Shown here: piece after piece, positions 18,608 through 27,046 of the stretch
Layout: each line of letters begins with the position of its first letter
How positions within the stretch are numbered: position 1 is the stretch's first letter
Source: Candidatus Eiseniibacteriota bacterium
GTDB taxonomy: Bacteria; Eisenbacteria; RBG-16-71-46; JABDJR01
NCBI GenBank assembly: GCA_963768615.1
Contig: CAVYIE010000007.1
Span: 653,181 to 717,180, forward strand
Direction of reading: 5' to 3'
Length of the DNA: 64,000 bases
Program-made: the position numbers and the translations under genes
The notes under the pieces: model-generated
Told to the model about the DNA's origin: nothing
What the model saw: the letters and a program-made list of their open reading frames with translations, nothing else
The model's database searches: none

Positions 18608-21152
18608 GGCCGGCGGCGGACTCGGCGCCCTGCTTCGGTTCGCGCTCGCGGCCGGGGTATGGGTCCTTCCCGGTTTCGCTCTCCACCGCCTGGTCCATCG
18701 CCGCCGGGACGGGGATCCGCTCCTCGCCGTGGCCTTCGCCCCCGCCCTGGCCGCCTTCGCCACCACCGTGGCCGCCTTCCTCGCCCTGGCCACGGGCATT
18801 CCCGTGGTCCGCTTTCCCTGGGTGCTGCTGGTCCTGGCCGCGGCGGCGGCGGCGATCCTGGTGCTGGTGCGCTCCCGGCCCCCGGCCGGGGAACTCCCGG
18901 ACGCCCCTGGAGCCGCGGCCCGCTGGGTGGGTTTCCTGTCGGTGGCCCTGCTCGTTCTCGGCGGGGCCTGGGTGGGGGGAACGCTGCGGTTCACCACCGA
19001 CGCGCCCGACCACGTGGGCACCCTGCGGGAGATCCTGGCCTCGGGCCGGTACTTCCCCACCGAGGCCTTCCACCTCGGGGCGGGGATCCTCGGCGCCGAC
19101 CCCCGCAAGGGGCTCCTCCACCCGGTCTACGCCGCCCTGAGCCGGCTCGCCGGCCTGGACCCGGCCGCGTTCTGGCGCTGGCTGCCCGCCCTCACCGGCG
19201 CCTTCCCCTTCCTGGCCGGATACGGCTTCCTGCGGTCGGCGGGGTATCGGGCCGGCTGGGCCCTGGCCGGAGCCTGGGTCCTGACCCTGAGCTGGAACGG
19301 GGGTCCGGGGGGCGACCTCCTGGGCATCTCCGGCTATCCCAACCAGGTCGGGGCGGCCCTGTTCTGGCTCGGTTTCGGGGCCTCGATCGGCGCCCTCCGG
19401 CGGCCGGGGACGGGCGCGGTGGCCGCCGCGGCCATGGTGCTCGCGGCCGCGGTCACCGTCCATCCCATGTACGTGGTCTTCGTGGCCCTGCTCGGCGGGA
19501 TGCTCCTGCTCTACGCCCTGGGCCCCGCCCGGCCCCGGGGCCCCGCGCTCCGGGTGGTGGTGATCCTGGGCGCGGCCCTGGCCGTGGTCCTGGTCCCCTA
19601 CCTCCTCTATCGCTATACCCAGTACCGCCCCGGGAACCCCATTCACACCGCCGTCCAGGGGATGCTCTTCCTGGGCGACCGCACCTTCATCGCCGATCCC
19701 GGCCTCCTCTGGCGCCACCTGGGCTGGGCGGGGCTGGTGGGCTTCCCCGCCGCGGCGGTGGTGTTCCTGCCCCGCTGGCGTCGCGGAGCGGCCCCGTTCC
19801 TGATCGCGCTCGCCCTGGTGGCCATGGCCCTCCTCACCCTGAACCCGCTCTTCGTCCCCGTCCTCCAGGAGCGGCTCACCTACCTGGTGTTCCGGAGCCT
19901 GTGGATCCTCCCCGCCGGGCTGGCCGCGGGGGCGGCCCTGGGCCTGCTCGCCGCCGGGGAACGCGGGGCGCTGGGGGCGGGAGACTTCGCACCCGGGGCC
20001 CCGGCTTCCCCGGCCCCCGGGCCCGGGCGCCCGGCCCGGGCGGGGGCGCTCCTGGTCGCAGCCGCGGTGATCCTCCCCGCGGCCCTCTCGCTCCCCCGCT
20101 GGACGGAGCAGGCCCCGGCCCGGGACGGCATCGCGAACCCCCGGATCTGGCGGGCCGACCTGGCCGCGGTGGACGCCGCCCTTCCTCCACGCTCCACCGT
20201 GCTCTCGGACCCGGTGACGTCCTACCTGCTCCCCGCCTTCACCACCCAGCGCACCGTGGCCCCCTACGACCAGCACTCCTCCCCCAACGACTCCCTGGCC
20301 CTGGGCCGGATCCTGGCCGCCCGCGACGTGCTGAGCCCGGGGGTGCCGCTCCTCACCGCCTGGGAGACCGCCCGCCGCTGGGGCGCGGACTACGTGCTGG
20401 TCAACACCGCCTTTCCCGGGCCGGTCCGCACCGACTACTGGAGCTTCGACCGGAACGCGCTCCGGGCCCGGGAGCGCGCCTTCCGGGGCTCGCCGCTCTT
20501 CCGGCCGCTCCTGGACCGGGACGGGTTCGCGCTGTTCGCGGTGGCCCCCACCCTTCCCGATTCGCTGCCGCCCGAGGACCTGCGGAGCCCGGTCCTCACC
20601 GTGCCCGCGCCCCCGGGACCTCCGATCCTGGACCGCGAGGGCCTGGCCCTGGTCGGTGCCTCGGCCGGCCCCGACACCCTGAGCTGCCGGGACACCCTGG
20701 CCGTGCGGCTCACCTGGACCCCGACCCGGGCCGGGCTCCCTCCCGAACCGCTCCGGGCCTCGCTGCGACTGGACGCCCTCGACGCCCCCGGCCGAGGCCG
20801 TCCGGCGGAGAAGCTCCTCCGCAAGCTCGCCGCCGCCGCCACCGGGACCCGGTATCGCGCCCGCACCGACTGGATCCCTTCCGGGGGCCGTTTGGCCTTC
20901 GACCGCTGGACCCCGGGGCGGGCGATCACGGACACGGTGCGGATCCGCCCTCCCTGCGCCCTGGCCCCCGGGCGCTACGCGGTCACGGTGACGGTGAACC
21001 GCATCCCCCACATGCCCAACTACCGCCTGCGGGACTACCTGAGCAACCGGGACCTCTACGCCGGCCCCGCGGTGGACACGGTGACCGTGGTCCCGCGCCC
21101 GCTGACCGCCGCTAGCCGGCGGCGGTGTCCGCCGGCGACGAGGCCTCGGTGA
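18594..21152 (+). CDS. Polytopic membrane protein, putative GT-C-type glycosyltransferase with a C-terminal periplasmic domain (paralog of 6800..8857)
   Basis: 852 aa with more than 11 TM helices. The loop motif TTDAPDHVGTLREILASGRYFPTEAFHLGAG is close to the E. coli ArnT sequence [22 protein letters not shown]. A roughly 300-aa soluble C-terminus is present. The start overlaps the upstream GT4 stop. Confidence 0.65.
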   Translation: MPTAEAGGGLGALLRFALAAGVWVLPGFALHRLVHRRRDGDPLLAVAFAPALAAFATTVAAFLALATGIPVVRFPWVLLVLAAAAAAILVLVRSRPPAGELPDAPGAAARWVGFLSVALLVLGGAWVGGTLRFTTDAPDHVGTLREILASGRYFPTEAFHLGAGILGADPRKGLLHPVYAALSRLAGLDPAAFWRWLPALTGAFPFLAGYGFLRSAGYRAGWALAGAWVLTLSWNGGPGGDLLGISGYPNQVGAALFWLGFGASIGALRRPGTGAVAAAAMVLAAAVTVHPMYVVFVALLGGMLLLYALGPARPRGPALRVVVILGAALAVVLVPYLLYRYTQYRPGNPIHTAVQGMLFLGDRTFIADPGLLWRHLGWAGLVGFPAAAVVFLPRWRRGAAPFLIALALVAMALLTLNPLFVPVLQERLTYLVFRSLWILPAGLAAGAALGLLAAGERGALGAGDFAPGAPASPAPGPGRPARAGALLVAAAVILPAALSLPRWTEQAPARDGIANPRIWRADLAAVDAALPPRSTVLSDPVTSYLLPAFTTQRTVAPYDQHSSPNDSLALGRILAARDVLSPGVPLLTAWETARRWGADYVLVNTAFPGPVRTDYWSFDRNALRARERAFRGSPLFRPLLDRDGFALFAVAPTLPDSLPPEDLRSPVLTVPAPPGPPILDREGLALVGASAGPDTLSCRDTLAVRLTWTPTRAGLPPEPLRASLRLDALDAPGRGRPAEKLLRKLAAAATGTRYRARTDWIPSGGRLAFDRWTPGRAITDTVRIRPPCALAPGRYAVTVTVNRIPHMPNYRLRDYLSNRDLYAGPAVDTVTVVPRPLTAASRRRCPPATRPR

Positions 21153-22425
21153 CGGCGAGGCGGGCCAGGAGCAGATAGAGCAGGACGGCCCCGAAGAGCG
21201 GCAGCGAGACCAGGAGGTTGAACACCCGGCCGTGCCCGCCGCCCCCCACCCGGTAGTAGGCGTCGAAGAGGAAGAGGCCGCCCCAGGAGGCGGTCCAGAC
21301 CAGGAACCCGCCCACCGGCGCACCGGACCGCGCCCCCAGCCAGGCCGCGGCCACCGCGAAGGGCAGGGCCAGTCCCACCAGGTGATGGAGCCAGACGTTG
21401 GAGGCCCCCGAGAACACCCACACCGTGGCCAGGGCCAGGGCCAGCGGCTCGCCCCACTCCCCGCCGCGGCGGCGGAGCCGGTCGGCCAGGACCAGGGTGA
21501 CCGCCATCCAGGCCAGGAGCACCGCCCGGGCCGCCCAGGCCGTCGCGGTGGGAATGGGCAGTACCGACCAGTGGCGGGGGCTGGTGGCGTCCATCCACCG
21601 GAGGATGAGGCCGGTGACCGACTGGTTGGAGGAGAGGGTGGTGCTCAGTTTCACGTAGTCGAGCATGAGGTGGAGGTAGCGGAGGTGGGCCTCCCAGCCC
21701 GCCGCGGCCAGGCTCACCCCGAGGAGCAGCGCTCCGCCGAGCGCGAAGGCGGCCAGCGCCCGCCACCGGCGCATGACCAGGAGGTAGGGCACGAAGAGGA
21801 TGGGAAAGAGCTTCATCCCGGTCACGAAGGCCAGCCACAGCCCGGCCTGGATGTCCCGCCGGCGCCACAGCGCGTGGGCGAAGAGCACGATCAGGAGCAG
21901 CACCGGCACGCTGGCCTGCCCGGCGCGGATGGCCTGGAGGAACGGGGTGGTGTGGATGAGGAGCGCGAAGGAGCCGGCGGCGGCGGGCCAGCCCCATCCG
22001 GGGAGGGACCTGGCGAGGAGGAAGAGGGCGGCCAGGGCCAGGATCCAGTTCACCAGGTAGACCACGACCAGGGCCCGGTACGGGGAGAGGCCGGCCACGG
22101 GGACGTAGAGGAGGCCGACCCAGGGCGGATAGATGTAGTAGCTGGTGTCCTCGATGCCCGCCCCGGCGCCGATGGCGGCGAATCGGCTCCCGGGGAAGCG
22201 CCGGGTGGTGAGCCCGGTCATGATGTCGGTGAAGTAGAGGGCATCGGGCTCGCGCTCCATGAGCACCCGCGCGGCGATGTAGTACTGGGCGAAGTCCTTG
22301 GGGACCGGCTTGGAGGGGCCGGGAAACTCGCGCAGGAAGACCATCAGGCCCTGCAGGGCCAGGACCGACGCCACCAGGAGCAGCAGGGGCCGGCCCAGGG
22401 CCGGCGTCCGGACTCGAGCGTGCAT
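21112..22425 (-). CDS. DUF2029/GT87-like membrane glycosyltransferase (PimE-like, polyprenyl-phosphate-sugar dependent)
   Basis: True start MHARVRTPALGRPLLLLVASVLALQ... at ATG 22425. An N-terminal TM is followed by KDFAQYYIAARVLMEREPDALYF, the characteristic loop-1 motif of the family. Roughly 10 TM helices. The upstream part of ORF 21112..22719 is an artefact. Confidence 0.6.
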   Translation of the reverse strand: MHARVRTPALGRPLLLLVASVLALQGLMVFLREFPGPSKPVPKDFAQYYIAARVLMEREPDALYFTDIMTGLTTRRFPGSRFAAIGAGAGIEDTSYYIYPPWVGLLYVPVAGLSPYRALVVVYLVNWILALAALFLLARSLPGWGWPAAAGSFALLIHTTPFLQAIRAGQASVPVLLLIVLFAHALWRRRDIQAGLWLAFVTGMKLFPILFVPYLLVMRRWRALAAFALGGALLLGVSLAAAGWEAHLRYLHLMLDYVKLSTTLSSNQSVTGLILRWMDATSPRHWSVLPIPTATAWAARAVLLAWMAVTLVLADRLRRRGGEWGEPLALALATVWVFSGASNVWLHHLVGLALPFAVAAAWLGARSGAPVGGFLVWTASWGGLFLFDAYYRVGGGGHGRVFNLLVSLPLFGAVLLYLLLARLAVTEASSPADTAAG

Positions 22426-22648
22426 GAAGGGACACTCCGTTCCGGGGGACTGGGGGCGGGCCGCCCCGCCGGCGAGCCCGGGCCCGCGCCGGCGCCGTTC
22501 GAGGTCCCGTTTATAGGCGAGGGACGGGCCGCGGTCAACCGGCGGCGTGGGGCCGGGGCGGCGCGAACCCGCCCGGAGCGATGGCTGCGCGTACCGGCGG
22601 CATCCCCGGCACGGGGTCATTTTTCCCCGTCCCCGGCCTCTGGCGCTC

Positions 22649-22657
22649 TGGTAGAAT
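22649..22657 (+). promoter_or_regulatory. Extended -10 element (TGgTAGAAT) about 10 nt upstream of the gmd ATG
   Basis: TG at 22649-22650 and TAGAAT at 22652-22657; the gmd start is at 22667. Implies a very short or leaderless 5' UTR. Confidence 0.3.
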
Positions 22658-22666
22658 ATTCGCCCT

Positions 22667-23692
22667 ATGAACGACTCCCCCCCCTCGCCACGCAAGAAGG
22701 CGCTGATCACCGGCGTCACCGGACAGGACGGCTCCTACCTCGCCGAGCTGCTGCTGGAGAAGGGCTACGACGTCCACGGCGTGGTACGCCGGGTGAGCGT
22801 GTTCAACCGGCAGCGGATCGACGCCCTCTATCCCGGGCCCCAGGCCTCGGGATCCCACTTCCAGCTCTACTACGGGGACCTGGCCGACTCCAACGTCCTC
22901 ATCTCCCTGGTGGCCAAGCTCCAGCCGGACGAGATCTACCACCTCGCCGCCCAGAGCCACGTGCGGGTGAGCTTCGACATCCCGGAGTACACCGCCAACG
23001 TCACCGCCATCGGCACCCTGAGGATGCTGGAGGCCATCCGCCTGGAGAGCCCGAAGTCCAAGCTCTACCAGGCCTCCTCCTCGGAGATGTTCGGGGCCGC
23101 GCCGCCGCCCCAGAACGAGAAGACCCCCTTCGAGCCCCAGAGCCCCTACGGGGCGGCCAAGGTCTTCGCCCACCACGTGGGCAAGAACTACCGCGAGGGG
23201 TACGGGTTGTGGGTGTGCTCGGGGATCCTCTTCAACCACGAGTCCCCCCGCCGGGGCGAGGCTTTCGTCTCCCGCAAGATCACCCGCTCGGTGGCCCGCA
23301 TCGCCAACGGGCTCCAGGACTACCTCTACCTGGGGAACCTGGACGCCAAACGCGACTGGGGCTACGCTCCCGAGTACGTGGAGGCGATGTGGCGAATGGT
23401 GCAAATCGGGGAGCCCGACGACTTCGTGATCGCCACCGGCGAGGCCCACACCGTACGCGAGTTCCTCATCGAGGCCTTCAACCACGTGAACCTCGACTGG
23501 GAGAAGTACGTGCGCATCGACAAGCGCTACCTCCGCCCCTCCGACGTCTGGCACCTGGAGGGGGACGCCTCCAAGGCGGAGAAGGCACTGGGCTGGAAGC
23601 CCGCCACCACCTTCAAGGACCTGGTCCGGATCATGATGGAGGCCGATCTCCGCGCCGCCCGCAAGGAGAGAGCGGCCAAGGAGACGGACTGA
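22667..23692 (+). CDS. gmd: GDP-mannose 4,6-dehydratase
   Basis: 341 aa [28 protein letters not shown]...[37 protein letters not shown]. Confidence 0.95.
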   Translation: MNDSPPSPRKKALITGVTGQDGSYLAELLLEKGYDVHGVVRRVSVFNRQRIDALYPGPQASGSHFQLYYGDLADSNVLISLVAKLQPDEIYHLAAQSHVRVSFDIPEYTANVTAIGTLRMLEAIRLESPKSKLYQASSSEMFGAAPPPQNEKTPFEPQSPYGAAKVFAHHVGKNYREGYGLWVCSGILFNHESPRRGEAFVSRKITRSVARIANGLQDYLYLGNLDAKRDWGYAPEYVEAMWRMVQIGEPDDFVIATGEAHTVREFLIEAFNHVNLDWEKYVRIDKRYLRPSDVWHLEGDASKAEKALGWKPATTFKDLVRIMMEADLRAARKERAAKETD

Positions 23693-23699
23693 GCCGCCG

Positions 23700-24650
23700 G
23701 TGATGGCCTCCGGATTCTGGCGCGAGCGGACGGTGCTGATCACCGGGGGCGGAGGCTTCCTGGGCTCCCACCTGGTCCGCGCCCTGCGCGCCCACGGGGT
23801 GGACGCCGCCCGCCTCCGCGCCCCCTCCTCCTCCGAGGCCGATCTCCGGGACCGGGCCGCCTGCGCCCGGGCGGTGCGCGGGGCCCAGGTGGTGATCCAC
23901 GCCGCGGGCCGCATCGGGGGTATCGGGCTCAACCGCGAACGCCCCGGTGAGCTCTTCTTCGAGAACGCCCTCATGGGCATCCAGCTCATGGACGAGGCCC
24001 GGCGGGCCGGGGTGGAGCGCTTCGTGACCGTGGGCACCACCTGCGAGTACCCCAAGATCACCCCCGTCCCCTTCCGGGAGGACGCCCTCTGGGACGGCTA
24101 CCCGGACGAGGTCACCGGCCCCTACGGCCTGGCCAAGAAGATGCTCCTGGTCCAGGGGCGGACCTACCGGGACCAGTACGGCTTCCGCTCCGTTCACCTC
24201 ATTCCCACCAACCTCTACGGGCCCGGGGACCATTTCGACGAGGTCCACGGCCACGTCATCCCCTCCCTCATCAAGCGGTTCTCCGAGGCCGCCGACCGGG
24301 GCGACGAGGCGGTGACGGTGTGGGGCACGGGCCGGGCCACCCGGGAGTTCCTCTACGTGGAGGATGCGGCGCGGGGCATCGTGCTCGCCGCCGAGCGCTA
24401 CGACCACCCCGACCCGGTGAACCTGGGCTCGGGGATCGAGACCCCCATCCGCGACCTGGCCGCCCGCATCGCCGCCCTCACCGGGTTCGGCGGGGAGATC
24501 CGCTGGGACGCGGACAAACCCGACGGCCAGCCCCGGCGGAGCCTGGACGTCTCCCGGGCGCGGGAGGCCTTCGGGTTCACCGCCGAAACCGGCCTGGACC
24601 AGGGCCTGGCCCGCACCGTGGACTGGTACCGGGAGCACCGGAATCAATGA
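23700..24650 (+). CDS. fcl: GDP-L-fucose synthase (GDP-4-keto-6-deoxy-D-mannose 3,5-epimerase/4-reductase)
   Basis: 316 aa VLITGGGGFLGSHLV...YGLAKKMLLVQGRTYRDQYGFRSVHLIPTNLYGPGDHFD. Lies immediately after gmd. Confidence 0.9.
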   Translation: MMASGFWRERTVLITGGGGFLGSHLVRALRAHGVDAARLRAPSSSEADLRDRAACARAVRGAQVVIHAAGRIGGIGLNRERPGELFFENALMGIQLMDEARRAGVERFVTVGTTCEYPKITPVPFREDALWDGYPDEVTGPYGLAKKMLLVQGRTYRDQYGFRSVHLIPTNLYGPGDHFDEVHGHVIPSLIKRFSEAADRGDEAVTVWGTGRATREFLYVEDAARGIVLAAERYDHPDPVNLGSGIETPIRDLAARIAALTGFGGEIRWDADKPDGQPRRSLDVSRAREAFGFTAETGLDQGLARTVDWYREHRNQ

Positions 24651-25432
24651 GCGACACCCACTCCCGCCGCCCCACCCTGACCCTGGTCATCCCCACCCGG
24701 GACGAGAAGGGGAACATCGAGCCCGCGGTGGCCCGCTGCCCGGACTTCGGCACCGAGGTGGAGCTCCTCTTCGTGGACGGCAACTCCACCGATGGGACCC
24801 TGGAGGAGCTGGCCCGGGTGGCCGCGGCCTATCCCGACCGGCGGATCAGCTACTTCACCCAGGAGGGGAAGGGCAAGCGGATCGCGGTGTGGCAGGGCTT
24901 CGAGCGGGCCCGGGGAGAGGTGGTGATGATCCTGGACGGGGACATTACCGTGCCCCCGGAGGAGCTTCCCGCCCTCTACGAGATCCTGACCGGCGGGCCC
25001 CACCTCTTCGTCAACGCCACCCGGTTCCGGTACCCCATGGAGCCGGGAGCGATGCAGCTCCCCAACCACCTGGCCAACCGGTTCTTCGCCCTCTTCGTGA
25101 GCCTGATCACCGGACAGTGGTTCTCGGACACCCTCTGCGGCACCAAGGGGCTCTGGAAGAGCGCCTTCCTGCGGCTCCGGGACGAGGGGTTCCTGGCCGG
25201 CATGGACCGCTACGGGGATCACGAGCTCATCCTGGGGGCCTGGAACCTGGGCATGACCATCGTGGAGGCGCCGGTCCACTACCGGGCCCGCCTCTACGGA
25301 GAGGCCAAGATCGCCAACCAGAAGTTCTCCGGGGGAACCGCGTTCCTGAAGCTGGACCTGGCCGCGCTCAAACATCGATTCCTGGGCCGGCGCCGCCGCC
25401 GGACCTTCGCGCCCCTGACCCCGACCGACTGA
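24647..25432 (+). CDS. Glycosyltransferase family 2, DPM1-like polyprenyl-phosphate glycosyltransferase
   Basis: ATG at 24647 overlaps the fcl stop (ATGA). 261 aa LTLVIPTRDEKGNIEPAV...ELLFVDGNSTDGT...ILDGDITVPPEELP (DxD). Confidence 0.85.
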   Translation: MSDTHSRRPTLTLVIPTRDEKGNIEPAVARCPDFGTEVELLFVDGNSTDGTLEELARVAAAYPDRRISYFTQEGKGKRIAVWQGFERARGEVVMILDGDITVPPEELPALYEILTGGPHLFVNATRFRYPMEPGAMQLPNHLANRFFALFVSLITGQWFSDTLCGTKGLWKSAFLRLRDEGFLAGMDRYGDHELILGAWNLGMTIVEAPVHYRARLYGEAKIANQKFSGGTAFLKLDLAALKHRFLGRRRRRTFAPLTPTD

Positions 25433-25503
25433 GCCGGAGGGCGGACCGTCCGGAGCCGTCCGGGCTCCCCCCGCCGATCCCCCCCGGCGGCCGAGGAGAG
25501 CCC

Positions 25504-27046
25504 ATGTCCGATTCACGCCCCGCCGCCGAAACCACCCGCCGCGCCCCCCTGGAGATGGATCCCGAGACCTTCCGCGCCCTGGGCCGGGCCGCGGTGGACC
25601 GGATCGCCGACTTCCTGGCCGCCATGCCCCGGGGCCCGGTGACCCGGGGGGAGTCCCCCAGCGCGGTCCGCGAGGCGCTGGGCACCGGCGCCCTCCCCGC
25701 CGAGGGGACGCCGCCGGATGCGCTCCTGGAGGACACCGCGCGGCTTCTGTTCGAGCACTCGCTCTTCAACGGACACCCCCGCTTCCTGGGCTACATCACC
25801 GCCTCGGCGGCGCCGATCGGGGCCCTGGGGGACCTCCTGGCCGCGGCGGTGAACCCCAACGCCGGGGCCTCGATCCTCTCCCCCGCCGCCACCGAGATCG
25901 AAGCCCAGACCGTGCGCTGGATCGCCGAGCTGATCGGATTCCCCGCCCGGGGCGCGGGCGGGCTCATGGTGAGCGGGGGGAACCTGGCCAACATCGTCCC
26001 CTTCCTGGCCGCCCGCCGGGCCAAGGCGGACTGGGACCTGCGCTCCGAGGGGGTCGCCGCCGGCCCCCCCATGACCTGCTACGCCTCCGAGCGCACCCAC
26101 ACCTGGATCCAGAAGGCGGCCGACCTGGCCGGACTGGGCACCGAGGCGATACGGTGGATCCGGGTCGACCGCGACCACCGCATGGAGCCGGACGGCCCTG
26201 GCCGAGGCGGTGGCGCGGGACCGGGCGGCGGGGGCCCGTCCCTTCCTGGTGGTGGGGGCCGGGGGCACGGTGGAGGTGGGGGCGGTGGACCCCCTGCCCA
26301 CCCTGGCCGCCTTCTGCCGGGAGCAGGACCTGTGGTTCCACGTGGACGGGGCCTACGGCGCCATCGCGGCCGCGCTCCCCGAGGCCCCGGCCGACCTGAA
26401 GGGGCTGGCCGAGGCCGACTCGGTGGCGGTGGACCCCCACAAGTGGCTCTACGCCCCCCTGGAGGCGGGCTGCGTGCTCGTCCGCGATCCCGCCACCCTC
26501 CTGGACGCGTTCAGCTTCCACCCCGAGTACTACCGGATGGAGGTGCCCGGCCAGGAGCCGCGGCTGAACTACTTCGACTTCGGGCTCCAGAACTCGCGGG
26601 GGTTCCGGGCGCTCAAGGTGTGGCTGGCCCTGCGGCAGGTCGGCCGGGCCGGGTACCAGCGCATGCTCCGGGAGGACATCGAGCTGGCCGAACGCCTGTT
26701 CCGGAACGCCGCCGACCACCCCGAGCTGGAGGCGTTCACCCGGAACCTCTCCATCACCACCTTCCGCTTCGTGCCCCGGGATCTGCGCGGGCGTGCGGCG
26801 GAGCCGCCGGTCGCGGACTACCTGAACGGGCTCAACCAGGAGCTCCTGGACCGGCTCCAGGCCGGGGGCGAGGTGTTCGTCTCCAACGCGGTGCTGGAGG
26901 AGCGCTACGCCCTCCGCTCCTGCGTGGTCAACTTCCGCACCTCGGGAGGGGACATGGACGCCATTCCGGGGATCGTGGTCCGGATCGGGCGGGAGGTCGA
27001 CCGGGAGCGGCGTCCGGCCTCGCTGCGGGCGGACCGTTCCCGGTGA
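25504..27046 (+). CDS. Group II PLP-dependent decarboxylase (aromatic-L-amino-acid/glutamate decarboxylase family), with an apparent +1 frameshift near 26194
   Basis: The N-terminal half is in the 24889..27612 frame (MSDSRPAAETTRR...HPRFLGYITASAAPIGALGDLL...RVDRDHRMEPD). The C-terminal half is ORF 26210..27046 (HVDGAYGAIAAALPE...DSVAVDPHKWLYAPLEAGCVLVRD, with the PLP lysine in DPHKW). The frames join if one G is removed from gacGgcc at 26191-26196. Confidence 0.75.

Noticed and set aside
24320-24646. N-terminal 110-aa extension of the GT2 ORF overlapping fcl
   Set aside because: The extension is Pro/Gly/Arg-rich and overlaps the fcl coding frame. The ATG at 24647 overlapping the fcl stop gives a normal DPM1-like N-terminus (LTLVIPTRDE).
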